Of a DNA stretch of 64,000 nt, positions 51,711 to 64,000 are shown one piece after another (position 1 is the first letter of the stretch; every line of letters begins with the position of its first letter). The notes beneath the pieces were generated by a model that saw only the letters and a program-made list of their open reading frames with translations, was not told the DNA's origin and did not search any database. Source of the DNA: Octopus sinensis (taxonomy: Eukaryota); contig NC_043015.1 of the NCBI RefSeq assembly GCF_006345805.1, positions 51,150,001 through 51,214,000 on the forward strand, in the 5' to 3' direction. The translations under genes and the position numbers were made by a program.

Positions 51711-52604
51711 ATAATAATATATATATGTTACTAGTGTATGTGTAATAGTGAAAGCCATAAACGAACAAACAAAAAAACACCAGTGAAGAAGCCAGAAAGA
51801 GAGAGAGGGAGAGAAAAAAGTAAAGAAATGCTTTATGAAGGGATTCCTTTGGGATGTTTGTTCTGCATTGAGTGAGAGGCACTCCCTTGTCACTGCTACT
51901 GTCAGAAATGAAGTGAACCATTTGGTCTAGTCCTCTGGAAACCTGTAAACGAATGATGCCATTGTTTCCCAATTGACATCTAAAATAAGGAATACAAAAT
52001 AATTGAAATTTTTCTGTTGAAATTACTGAGAATATACCATCTGTCATGCTTTTTCTTCATTTCTTTCTTTTGCCATTCAACTCAAATCCCTCTCCTTTTC
52101 TCTCTTTTTCCTTCTCTCTCTCTCTCATTCTCTCCTTCTTTTTCTCTCTTATCTTACTTTCTCTTTTACTGTGTATTATTATTATTATTATTATTATATT
52201 ATTATTTGTTTGGTTTGTTACTATAAAACTTAATACTTGTCACCTTAGGATACATGCATTTATTTTTATATTTTTTTTTATCCTATTCTTTACTACGCAT
52301 CCAAAAACATTATCGATTTCTTCCCCTTGTTTTTTCTTTTTCAAATTTATTTCATAATGTTATGCATCTTTTCCAAAAAAAAAGCAAACAAAAAACTAAT
52401 AATAATGATAATAATAATAATAAATAAAAAATCTCAATATTTTAGTACATTTCTAACACAGTACTTGCAAAACCATGTATGAATTTATGTGTTTGTGTGT
52501 ATGAGTGTGTGTGTGCATGTTTGTATATACATATATGTGTGTGTGTATATATATATGTGTGTGTGTGTGTATATATATATATGTGTGTGTGTGTGTGTGG
52601 TGTG

Positions 52605-52649
<45 letters not shown>

Positions 52650-53369
52650 GTGTGTGTGTGTGTATATATACATACATACATATATATGCAAATATTTATG
52701 CATACATATATGTATATATGCATACATACATATATATATATATGTATATATATATATGCATACATATATATACATATATGCATATATATATATATATACA
52801 TGTATATCTATATATATATGAGTATAAATACACACATATATATACACACACACATATATCTTATATATTTTATTTATATATATATATATATATATACATA
52901 TATATATACATATATATATACATATATATGTACATATATATGTATGTATATACTACATATTTATATGTTTATTCAGATATAAATATATGAATGTATAAAA
53001 ATACATGTATATATATATGTGTGTGTGTGTGTGTGTAGCGTGCAAGTGTAAATGAGATGAAGCTTCAAGATGATAACAAGCATTTATCGTAAACACTGAG
53101 CCATTCCCATGCAGCAAGCATCACGCTGCTCCTCTTTGCTGAAAGGTGTGATACCACCGTTGGAAAATATCTAAACCGCAGTGATTTCCAGTTGACAGCT
53201 GATAAAGCGAATATCCCACAGGCAGTGGAAACTGTAATTAGATCATTGAATAGCACACACACACATATATATAATATATATATACAATCATACCTCAACT
53301 CTCTCTCGCTCTCTCAAACATACACATACATGTATACACACACACACACACACACACATGTATGTTTAC

Positions 53370-53415
<46 letters not shown>

Positions 53416-53705
53416 GTATACACATGTTCACACTCATACATATCAATATATGTGTGTGGGTGTGTTTGTTTACATGTCAGAAAAGGACATTAAATGATGA
53501 TGATGATGATCATGGTATGTATATGTATGTAGATATCTTTATATATATGTGTGTGTGTTTGTGTGTATATATACATGTATATATGCACACACACACGCAT
53601 ATAAATATATATATATGTATATATGCATACACTTAGGTATATGTATGTATATATATATATGTGTGTGTGTGTGTATGTATATGCTTATTTTTGAGTTTAT
53701 GTGTG

Positions 53706-53738
<33 letters not shown>

Positions 53739-54537
53739 GTGTGTGTGTAAGTAAAAGTGCAACAATGTGCAGATTCTGCAGTGGTTCATCCTCCTTAACA
53801 GCTGTTGTTTGCAGATGACAATCATTTCAACACATTTTAATTGCATTGCACCCTTTGCCGGTGCCAAATAATGGTCTTTTTCTTTGGTTCATAAAAACCC
53901 CTTCTCTTCTAGCCATTTCGCTGCTATCTCTGAAGAAATCAGCCTACGCAAATAGATACCATCTGTGACTCACTTAACTCAAATCTGCAACACCCTGCAG
54001 TATCTTTGTCGTATTCCGCTGGCAAATGATGACACCCTACATTGTTGCACTTAGTTTGGCCATCTCTTCATATCCCGGTTTTCATTCCCCTATGAAATTC
54101 CTCACCGTTTGTTTCTGTTGATCACCGTTACTCATTCTGCTATTATTCCAGCCAATAATAGCAGCTCAGAACTTCTTCATAATAGACAAGCAACAACATA
54201 ACAATAATAAATATCTGTATCCTATGCAGCATGCCCATTATTTCTTAATTTGATATTGAAACTTTTAATCCCTCCAAATACTATCAAGAAATTGTTATAC
54301 CCCTTGTATGAACTCTTTTCTTGGGGAAACTAGGAGTTTTCTATGTGTTCTCTCAAACCCTTTACAAAACTCGACACCTTTAGACATGCTTAGTCACTCA
54401 CTATATCATAGTGGCATTACGTATTGGCATTCATCTGACAGGGTGAACCCAACATAGATCTTTGAATCAAAGCAGATGCCATGAATTTTGTTAGTAGTAA
54501 AATCACAGCTTACAACAAATCCTTAGATTCTGTAAGC

Positions 54538-54950
54538 TTTGGAGACCCAGGAAGAGATTGGACAAACTACTGAGGAATGACCTCAGGGTGCTGAACCTTT
54601 CAGATGAGATGACAAAGGACCAAGATGCCTGGCACCTTGCTCCTTCTCAAGAAGACCTGTACTCTGCAGCAGAAGTGTTAAGACTGGTCATCCTGGTGGT
54701 GAAGATTGACCTGCAAGAGTCTTGTGCTGGCGCCAAATAAAAGTGCCCATGCAGTGCCGTTTAAAAGTGCCTGTGTGAAACTACGTAAAAGCACCCAGTA
54801 CACTCTGTAGAGTGGTTGGCATTGGAAGGGCATCTGACTGTAGAAACCCTGCCAAATCAGACAGGTCTGGTGCAGCTCCCCAGCCTTAACAGTTCTGGTC
54901 AAACCGTCCAACCCATGCCAGCATGGACAATGGATGTAAAATGATGATAA
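54538..54950 (+). mobile_element. RTE 3' end fragment with (GAT)n-type tail
   Basis: WDKLLRNDLRVLNLSDEMTKDQDAW followed by the conserved 3' UTR ...aaaccgtccaacccatgccagcatgg...atgatgat. Confidence 0.7.
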
Positions 54951-55322
54951 TAACAATTTCATTAAGGTAGCAGCCATCTTAAATAGACATGGTCATGTGA
55001 CCACTGGGTTGAGTCACATGATGTAGTAAGCATTATTCATGACACAAAGCCGACAACACTACTCCATGAGTGTCATGTGTTGCCCTTCTCTGTTACATAA
55101 CATTCACACAAAGTACTGCATATGGTCATTGGTATCCCCTTATTTGTTCTTGTAGAATTGTTGAGGCTGTAGTTCGGGTAATTCCTTATCTGGTTCACTG
55201 TCTTTTCATGCCTTACCATTGTCATTCAGTAAACAGAATTCATGTCCAGTGATTAGATACAGCAGTCATTGTGAGTGAAATGTGTAAAGTAATAATGGAG
55301 CCCATCAATGGGTGATTAACAC

Positions 55323-56130
55323 TTCTTACTTAGATAAGCCCTTTGCTCCCTCTGGAACATGAGACCTTTGGTGACTTTTCTCCCCTGTTCTTAACTCTGG
55401 GCTGTCTTTTTGGCTTCTCTCCAGTTTGAACCTTGCTTTTTCAACACCATTTCAATATCCTACTGCCAGCTATTTTTTTTTGTTTGTTTTTGCATCCTCT
55501 CTTCTGCAGCTTTTGTGAGTTCCAGGTCAGGGCCTGACATGTAATGCAGAACATTAGTTTCCTTGACCCATTTAATATTTAATCTGGCCATATCTAGCCC
55601 AAATATTCTATTGTTTGATGTTGAAACTGGCCAGATCCTGTCTCCCACACTTACCCTACAAGGTCTTAAAGCTACAAGATGATAAATGATCAGATAAAAA
55701 CAATTTGAATAAATAAAGATGACATTTGCCAGAGTGATGTGAATGCTAAAGGGTTAAAGTGGAGCCTTCCTATCCTTGCTTCTGCTTCAAGATCCATTCT
55801 TCCTCTGGCACCTGCCCCAGCTTCTTCCACAACTCATTATTTCTTATCTCATCTTATCCAGCCATTAAATTTGAGGAAAACAACTTCAGAAGGTTATTGA
55901 TGAAGATCTGTATCTTCTTCAGTGTCTTTTTAACTTTTCTCCATTTCTTTGATCTCTAGAGAAGGATGAACTTCATTTTAGAATTGAAGATTCTCAGTTT
56001 ACTTTTAATGGTAATTTCTCAGGAAGCCCAAATGTTCTTGCAAATGGTGATGATCGCTTTGACTTTGATTACTCCAGCTATGGCATCTCTCTGTGTGCCA
56101 CCCCTCTTTATCTACTGTACTAATTAATTC
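55323..56130 (-). mobile_element. Old RTE (BovB-like) LINE 3' fragment, interrupted by a TTAA MITE
   Basis: Minus-strand remnants KNIWAS.EITIKSKLRIFNS, KKTLKKIQIFIN and IRNNELWKKLGQVPEEEWILKQK, plus a short TAAG-type tail. Confidence 0.75.
55563..55757. mobile_element. piggyBac-like MITE inside the RTE fragment
   Basis: Ends gaatgctaaaGGG|TTAA and the body matches 1096-1330. Confidence 0.75.
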
Positions 56131-56476
56131 TTCAAATTTGAACAAATTCGGCCACCCTTATTCACTGTACTAGGGCGATGTAGTTGTTATATTTATTTTA
56201 TACATAACAATTAACTTTCTGAGCAACATACAAGGGAATGCTGAATAGTTCCTGGCTTTGGGTAAAAGAAAATACAGGAGCATCAGTTAATTATGATTTT
56301 ATTCAACATATTCTCTCAGATTCACACACATACTGCAGTGGACTTTCAGTTTTTCTAAACCCTGCAAAAGAACTCAAAAGGATGGACCTCCAAACAGGCC
56401 TTTCACAACACCCTTAAAGCCTGGAATTTTCTAGAACCCCTTCATGTGTTTGTTTGTGTGTGTGAGTATATATATA

Positions 56477-57068
56477 ATCATCGTCATAGTCATCATCGTT
56501 TAACATTTGTTTTCCATGCTAGCATGGGTTGGACAGTTTGACTGAGGTCTGGAAAGCCAGCAGCTGCACCAGGCTCCAATCTGATCTGGCAATGTTTCTA
56601 CAGATGGATGCCCTTCCTAACACCAACCACTCCAAGAGTGTAGTGAGTACTTTTTATGTGCCACTTGCACAGGAGCTAGTCAGGCGGGCCTGGCATCGAT
56701 CACATTTAGATAATGTTTTTTACGTAACACCAGCACGGGAGCCAATCAAAGGGCACTGGCATTAGCCATGTTCAGATGGTGTTTTTTATGTTCCACTGGC
56801 ATGGGAGCCAGTCAGGAAGCTCTGGCATTGATCATGTTCAGATAGTGCTTTTTACATGGTACCAGCATGGGAGCCAGTCAGGGGGCACTGGCATCGACCA
56901 CGTTTGGATGATGCATTTTACATGCCACCAGAATGAGAGCCAGTCAGGGGACACTGGCCACAGCTACAATTTTTATTTTACTTGACTCAATACGTCTTCT
57001 CAAGCATATCATATTACCTGATGCATCAAGGGTACTTTTGAATGGGCCAGACATGCAACAATGCACAA

Positions 57069-57070
<2 letters not shown>
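56477..57070 (-). mobile_element. RTE 3'-UTR-derived repeat with internal ~60-bp tandem units
   Basis: Conserved tail module plus repeated gggagccagtcagg...ctggcat...tttttac units. Confidence 0.8.
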
Positions 57071-57102
<32 letters not shown>

Positions 57103-57168
57103 GACTGCTAAATCCACATTTTTTTTATTCTCTCTCTCTCTCTCTCTCTCTTTATTTCCTCGTGTTCC

Positions 57169-57202
57169 TTTCTGTTGAAGAGCATAGGCTCGAAACGTAA
57201 AA
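57169..57202 (+). ncRNA. Minimal hammerhead-like motif, CUGU core variant
   Basis: ttt-CTGTTGA-a-GAGC-atag-GCTC-GAA-ACGT-A/aaa, inside a (TA)n-flanked ~200-bp element. Confidence 0.65.
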
Positions 57203-57292
57203 CACTTTTTCACTTTCCCACGCATCAGACTAATACAGTTGTTTGTTGTTCATACACCTGTCTTTGTCTTTTGTTTTCCTGTAAATTTAAAC

Positions 57293-57332
<40 letters not shown>

Positions 57333-58106
57333 GTATTATGGTCCAACCCGTGCTAGCACGGAAAACGGACGTTAAACGATGATGATATATACATACACAA
57401 GGGGGAGCTGAAAAGTTTCCGACTTTTGGTAAAAGAAAATTTATGAGAATTAGTTAATCAGGATTTTATTCAACACATTCTCCAATTAGACTCACACACT
57501 TATTCAGTTTTTCTAAGTCCTGTAAAAGAACTTGGCAGGTTGGGCCTGAAACCAGGCCTTTCAGAATACCCTCAAAGCCCGGAACTTTCCGGCACCACAT
57601 TGCACATTGATTGATTGACTGTCGTTGGTGTGGTGAGTATATATGCATGCGTGTGGATCAGTGATGATGTTTGTTACTATGGTAATCTCATGTTTCTGAT
57701 TTACAAAATTCTATTGACTGACGTGACGTCTGCTCCTTTTGAGACATTTATACTCAGAACCACATCTAGCTGCAAGTGTTGATCTGCAACTAAACATTAG
57801 TTTACCTGTTGACTATCGGAAATAATATGCCATGGAATTCAATTAAAATTGGATATTTCACACATTGAAAAGTTCCTTATGAAAGATATGTTCTCAGAGA
57901 GAGAGAAAGAGAGAGAGAGGGGGGAGGAATGAGAAATATGAGGCTTGTTGTGTGGAGAGCCTAACAACAAAGGGGATTTATAGTTTTACTAAAGCTGTGT
58001 TTTGTATTCAATTGATTTGAAACAGTTTACATTGCTCTTTTTCTCCCCGCTGTGTCTACATACATACTTACATACATATACATACATATGCATATGTTTG
58101 TATAAG

Positions 58107-58182
<76 letters not shown>

Positions 58183-58244
58183 TTATATGCATGTATATAT
58201 ATGTTTACATGTATATATATATGCATATGTATACATGTATGTTT

Positions 58245-58277
<33 letters not shown>

Positions 58278-58970
58278 CATATACTTATATGTATATGTAT
58301 GTATGTATATTTTATATATATATATATATACACACACACACGCACGTACACATGCACACACACACACAATTACATATATTCCTTTCTGTGTTTTTTGTAA
58401 ATCCCTTTGTAATGATTTTTAATATATATACATACTTTACATAATGATGATTATAATTAGGTTGGTTTTCTTTTTTTTTTGCTTTCTCTTTCCTTTCACT
58501 TGTGCTTTTTTTTTTGGCGGTTTGTCATTCTCCAAAATAAACGTGAAGATAAAACGAAATGTCCAGTGTATATTGATTTTGATTTCGTAATCCTCTTATC
58601 TACAAATAATAATAATGATGATGATAGCAACAACAACAAAACAACAATAATAATGATGATAATAATAATAATAATCATAGCAATAACAATGATAATAATA
58701 ACAGTAATAATAATAATAATAATAATAATGATAATAATGACAAAGAAAGAATATTCAATAATCTGTTAGAATTTATTGAGGAATTTTTGTTTCTTGTTCT
58801 CATTTAAGAGATACAGGCTTTCTCTCTCTCTCTCTCTCTCTCAGACACACAAACACATCTATATGTGTTTGTGGGTTTTTGTATGTACATACATCCACAT
58901 GTATATCTGTATGTAGATATATGTATACACACACACACAAGTGTGTGTGTGCAAGTATATATGTACACAT

Positions 58971-59004
<34 letters not shown>

Positions 59005-59051
59005 CAAAATGTAACCACATGTGGATCGTTTTGGACTTTTCTCTGTCTCCT

Positions 59052-59086
59052 GTTCCTGACGAAGAGCTTAGCTCGAAACATAAAAC
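59052..59086 (+). ncRNA. Minimal Penelope-type hammerhead motif, degenerate at the cleavage site
   Basis: gttc-CTGACGA-a-GAGC-tta-GCTC-GAAACATA-aaac, inside a ~180-bp element following (TA)n. Confidence 0.7.
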
Positions 59087-59186
59087 TATTTGTCTTTCCT
59101 TCTCTGAGCATCTGCTAATACTTTGCATGTACCACATCCTCATGCTGTTGTTTTTTTCTTGTTGTGTTTTCCCTTGTTTTTTTGGG

Positions 59187-61198
59187 GATGGAACCAGACT
59201 ACTGGAGTTTTGCGATGCAAATGAACTTGTTGTTTGGAATACTAACTTCAGGAAACCTGCCAGTCACCTAGCCACCTACCGTTCTGGCAGACACACTAGC
59301 CAAATTGGCTACATCCTCACCTGAGAAAAGGAAAGATGGCTGCTTATAAATGCCAAAATCTTTCCAGGCGAAGAATGTACCCCATAACATAGACTAGTAG
59401 TTAATGACTTCAGGATCAGGGCTAAATGGATGCCCAGAAGACGACAGCATGGAGGAGAAGTGTCTGGAAGCTTAAAGATCCTGCGAATGGACAGAGATTT
59501 AGAGACGTATTACTCAAAGCCTTTGATGAAATAGAAGGGGATATAGCATCACATGATGTGGAAGGCAACTGGAGGTTTCTATGGGAAAACCTGCTGAGGG
59601 CCACTGACCAGATCTTTGGATGGTGCAAAGTCCCCTCTCAACCCGAGGTAACGTGGTGGTGGAACAATGTTATTGATAGGGCTATTAGAGAAAAGAAACA
59701 GGCTTGGAAGGACTGGAAGAATGGTGGTAGCAAGGAATTGTATCAGTCTGCCAGAAGGGAAGCTAGGAGACAGGTTTATTTAGCCAGAGGGGAAGCAGAT
59801 AAGAAAAAAATTTGCCAATGTTCTGCACTGTGAAGATCAAAGACATGAGGTATTTTGTATTGCAAGACAGTGTGTGAGAGAGAATCATGATGTCGTAGGA
59901 AAGAAATGTGTCTGCATGGATGATGGTTCACTTGCACTAAATGAGATTTCAAAGAGAGAGGTTTGGAGATGCCACTATGAAAGGTTGCTCAATAAAGAGA
60001 ATGAATGGGAGAAAGAGAGTCTGCCGAATGTCAACCCAACAGAGGGACCAGCTATCCAAATTGACAGTACCTTAGTAGATAAAGCAATTAAGAGTATGAA
60101 GACGGGGAGAGCCCCTGGCCCATCAGGAATCACCACAGAGATGTTCAAAATATCTGGTGGTGTCGGCTATAGCCTAGTCATCCATATAGTTAACCAGATG
60201 ATACATGAAGGAGTCTTACCCAATGACTGGTGTAGCAGCACCATAGTCAACTGCTACAAAGGTAAGGGTATTGCTTTAGATACAAATAATTACAGAGGTA
60301 TCAAGTTGTTGGATTAGGTAATGAAGGTAATGGAGAGAGTCACAGCCCAACTAATTAGGAAGAGTATTAGTTTAGATGAGATGCTGTTTAGGTTCATACC
60401 AGGGAAAAGCACCACTGATGCTATATTTCTAGTAAGACAGCTGCAGGAGAAATACCTAGCCAAAGATAAACCTCTGTACCTGGCTTTTGTTGACATGGAG
60501 AAAGCCATTGACAGGGTCCCCTGATCCCTTATCTAGTGGTCAATGAGGAAACTAGGGATAGATGAATGGCTAGTGAGAGCTGTGCAAGCCATGTACAGGG
60601 ACGCTGTCAGTAAGGTGAGGGTTGGCAACGAGTAGAATGAAGAATTCCATATAGAGGTTGGGGTCCCCCAAGGTTCAGTCCTCAGCCCCCTCCTATTTAT
60701 CATAGTCCTCCAGGCAATAACAGAGGAATTCAAGGCAGGATGCCTTTGGGAGCTCCTCAATGCTGATGACCTTGCTCTAACTGCTGAGTCAGTATCAGAA
60801 CTAGAGGAGAAGTTTCAGGTGTGGTAACAAGGATTAGAATCGAAGGGCCTTAGAATCAACCTAGTTAAAATGAAAGACAAGTAGGAAGGCTGAGAAACCA
60901 CAATCCCCTTCAGGTAGATGGCCCTGCTTGATCTATAGAAAAGTCATAGGTAGAAACTCTATAAGATGTACCCAGTGTAAGCTATGGACACATAAGAGGT
61001 GCAGTAATATCAAAGGAAGGGTGACTGGGAAGATAGTTTTTGTGTGTGGAAGATGCTCAGGAGCAATAAACATTGAAAATGTGCAGAGAACAACCTCTAC
61101 CACATTCCAAGGAGAAAAACTAGAAGTAGTTGATAGCTTCCGTTACCTAAGTGACCAAGTCAGTAGCGGAGCTGGGTGCTCTGAAAGTGTAGCTGCTA
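59187..61198 (+). mobile_element. RTE-clade LINE, truncated at both ends, with pseudogenised ORF2 (end of AP endonuclease, RT domain, Cys-rich insert)
   Basis: Motifs GTRLLEFCDANEL..NTNFRK, WWWNN, APGPSGI, NYRGIKLL, FIPGKSTTDAIF..LQEKY, LAFVDMEKA, GVPQGSVLSPLLF and ADDL. Several stops and frameshifts. Confidence 0.95.
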
Positions 61199-62239
61199 TG
61201 AGAGGCATCTGTGCCAGTGGAGCACAAGAGCACCATCGAAGGGTGATCGTTGCCAGGGATCTCCTTATCACTGTGTCTGTCTCTCACTGATACCCTAACT
61301 CCAATTTCCCCTTTCCCTTCCCTTATCTTTCCTTCACCCACCTTCTACCCATCTCTGATTAATGTGGTGTGACACCACTTCTCCTTCTCAAACCTCCCAC
61401 TCTCCTGTCAGACTCCAATTCTCTCTGTCACAAAACCCATCTTACAGATTTTCCCTCCAATTGTATGTGTGGCCTGCTTGCCTGCCTAGCTAGTGGAGTG
61501 GTGTCATTTGAAAGATAAAACAATGTGAGGAAGTGCATTGTGATCAGTGGTGTATAATATCCGATCACCTGGTTGATATAGTGACATGTGTGAGAAAGTG
61601 TGTGTGTGTGTGTGAGTATGTGTGTGGATACATGCCAGCATGGAAAACATGTTAAATAATAATATATACACACATACATACACACATGCACACACACACA
61701 AACATGGGGACACACAGACACACACACACACAGATACCTGTACCCGCTAGTGTAGTAGTTGTGAAAAACGATGAAGTTTATGTGCATGCGAAATGAATTA
61801 TGTGGAAATAAATGGTGCAGAATGGTTTCTAGTTACGTCTGCGATGTCTTACTTGATTGATGATGGAATTGTAAATGCGTTGCCATAGTAGTAATTTAAA
61901 GATTGGGTGGCGGGTGGAGGTTGTGGGGGTGGGTGGGTGTTGATTGCAACATCATATATAATACATAGATATGTGTAAGAATGGTTCATGGTACGTATTC
62001 ATTTGCGCACACAAACACACACACACACACACATACCATTGCAGTTGCTAGGGATTGTATACATATTTGTCTGTCTGTGAGTCTATCATCCCTCCATTGT
62101 TCCACCTGTCCAGCTATCCGTTTGTCCATCTATCTGTCCGTCCAGCCATCCATCCGTCCGTCCGTTCGTCCGTCCATTTGACAGAGAGAAAAGACAGATC
62201 GACCGGTGGATCACCAATTGATCTGTCTTTTCTCTCTGT

Positions 62240-62490
62240 CTTTTATCTTTTACTTGTTTCAGTCATTAGACTGCGACCATGCTGTGGCACCACCTTCAAG
62301 AATTTCATTTTTTGAAGTACTGGTACTGGTTCCATCATTCTCTTTTGCAGAACTGCTAGATTATGGAGGCATAAACACGCCACCATTGGTTGTCAAGCGA
62401 TGGTGGGGGACAAACACAAGAACACACACACACATGACAAGCTTCTTTCAGTTTCCATCTACCAAATCCACACGCAAGGCTTTGGTGGAC
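62240..62490 (-). mobile_element. SINE family A, partial
   Basis: Tail and body present. Other partial copies lie at about 5441-5650, 21583-21745, 23552-23705, 32835-32990, 39720-39873, 45679-45812 and 48773-48910. Confidence 0.75.
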
Positions 62491-62559
62491 TTGAACCCAG
62501 TTATGGTTGGGAATCCTGCTTTCTTGTTTACCTATTTTGGCAGTAGCCTGTAGGTCAGA

Positions 62560-62755
62560 ATTACCATTTGCAGAACTGGAAAACCATTACAGGTTTTGAG
62601 AACTGGCTTATAAAGGTTGATAAATCTGGATTATTGGTTACTTTAAGACTTGGATGAACTAATTTGTCTATAACAACTCACCAAGTCTGACAAATCTGCT
62701 CACTTGGGGCAAAAGTGAAGTACCCGCTTGTCCCTTAAGTCTAAGGGATAGATAG

Positions 62756-62820
<65 letters not shown>

Positions 62821-63510
62821 AAGCAGTGTCAGGAATTTTCAGCAGCTATCCTTGAACCTTAATCAGTGGCTGCTTCCTGTAGTGGTAATTGCAGAGGGGT
62901 GGTAGCTGCCATACTTAATGGCTAGCAGATTCCACCCAAGGAAGGAGGCCAGTGCATTTCTCAAATTGTGCCTACTTTCCATAGCCTCAGATTGGTCGCT
63001 AGGAGTGGATCTCATGGAACAGCTAAAGTTTCCCAAGCACAATATACCAAAGACACTCTAACCAGACAGTGTTGTCTTCTCAAATTCCACCAAACAGATG
63101 ATCATATAGGAACCGTCTGTGCTGCTCTGCGGAAAAATACATGGAAGAACTTCATGAGAGAAAGCTTGCCAAATATAAGGAGCTGGTAGAGCGTTGCAGA
63201 ATCCAGGGCTCATAGGTACGTTGTGAAGTAGGTTAAATAAAATATCATTGTCTTGTGGGGTGTTTACACTGCAAGCTCTGACTGGGCTTGGAGTTACTGA
63301 TGCAATGAAGAGGAGGGCCACAATTTCCATCGCTGAAGTTGCAGAGAAGGCCATTTGGTAGATTGGAGAGAGAGAGAGAGCAAACCAGTGGTTTACTGCT
63401 ACTGAGATGAAAGCAATAACTTTCAACTTTGTCTGGATCAACTGGGTGAGGAAACCTCATGTTGAAAGACCCAAAATCCCACTAGGACCCCAGAGGTAAC
63501 ACTAATGGTA
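62560..63510 (+). mobile_element. Degenerate HERO/NeSL-type non-LTR retrotransposon 3' part with restriction-like endonuclease
   Basis: Remnants ASDW.LGVDLMEQLKFPKH, PD.VVFSNSTKQMII, MEELHERKLAKYKELVERCR and LGVTDAMKRRATISIAEVAEKA. Interrupted by (GATA)n(GA)n at 62748-62816. Confidence 0.8.
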
Positions 63511-64000
63511 CATTGTAGAGATCCATGAGGTTTTAGAGTGTTTATGAGGTCTTTGAGGTTTTCTGATGTCCTAGATGATTCCTGATGTCTTAAAGGGTTT
63601 CTGAAGTCTTAGAGATTTCTGAGGTCTTAGAGGGCTTTGGGTCTTTCAACATCAGACGCCTTTGTTCTATAGACCCACTGAAGTTTGATCAAGTCGCAGC
63701 TTACATCCTAGAAGCAGCAAACCGCATTGGTGTATGTGAAGTGAATGAGAGAGAAGTGCTTAATACATGTTGTAGAAGGTATGTTTTTTTTATTATTATA
63801 TTTATTGAAAACTGAGAATTTGTCTCATGCTACTGAGATCCCCAGTAAAGAAGTCTCACCTGAGGATTGCAGTGGCATGAAACTTCACAAGTGAAACAAA
63901 CTCTGTTATATACATATATACACATTCACACACACATGAGTATATATATACACATCTTTGAGCTTGTTAATAGGCACACAGGCATACACACATGTGTATA

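Overview
AT-rich, microsatellite-dense eukaryotic DNA whose SINE, RTE and MITE repertoire looks like an octopus (coleoid cephalopod) genome; the organism is inferred. Only one host coding exon is recognisable: a 65-nt + strand exon (42512-42576) encoding xIHLFEVSTGKPVGDGKPICHK, a conserved stretch of IFT80. The window is therefore probably two very large IFT80 introns. The rest is decayed non-LTR retrotransposons (several RTE families and a HERO/NeSL-type REL element), at least four tRNA-derived SINE families, piggyBac-, Tc1/mariner- and hAT-like MITEs, and simple repeats. Almost all ORFs in the track are simple-repeat or TE artefacts. The most striking hidden layer is about 13 complete, degenerate or partial minimal type I hammerhead-ribozyme (HHR) motifs from roughly 7 sequence families. 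Most sit in short (about 200-550 bp) Penelope/retrozyme-like elements inserted in or beside (TA)n tracts. One HHR is fused behind a tRNA-like Pol III head (SMalpha-like). In three cases a long inverted repeat, including a near-perfect 300-bp palindrome, has its breakpoint inside the ribozyme motif. All calls were read by eye and repeat boundaries are approximate.
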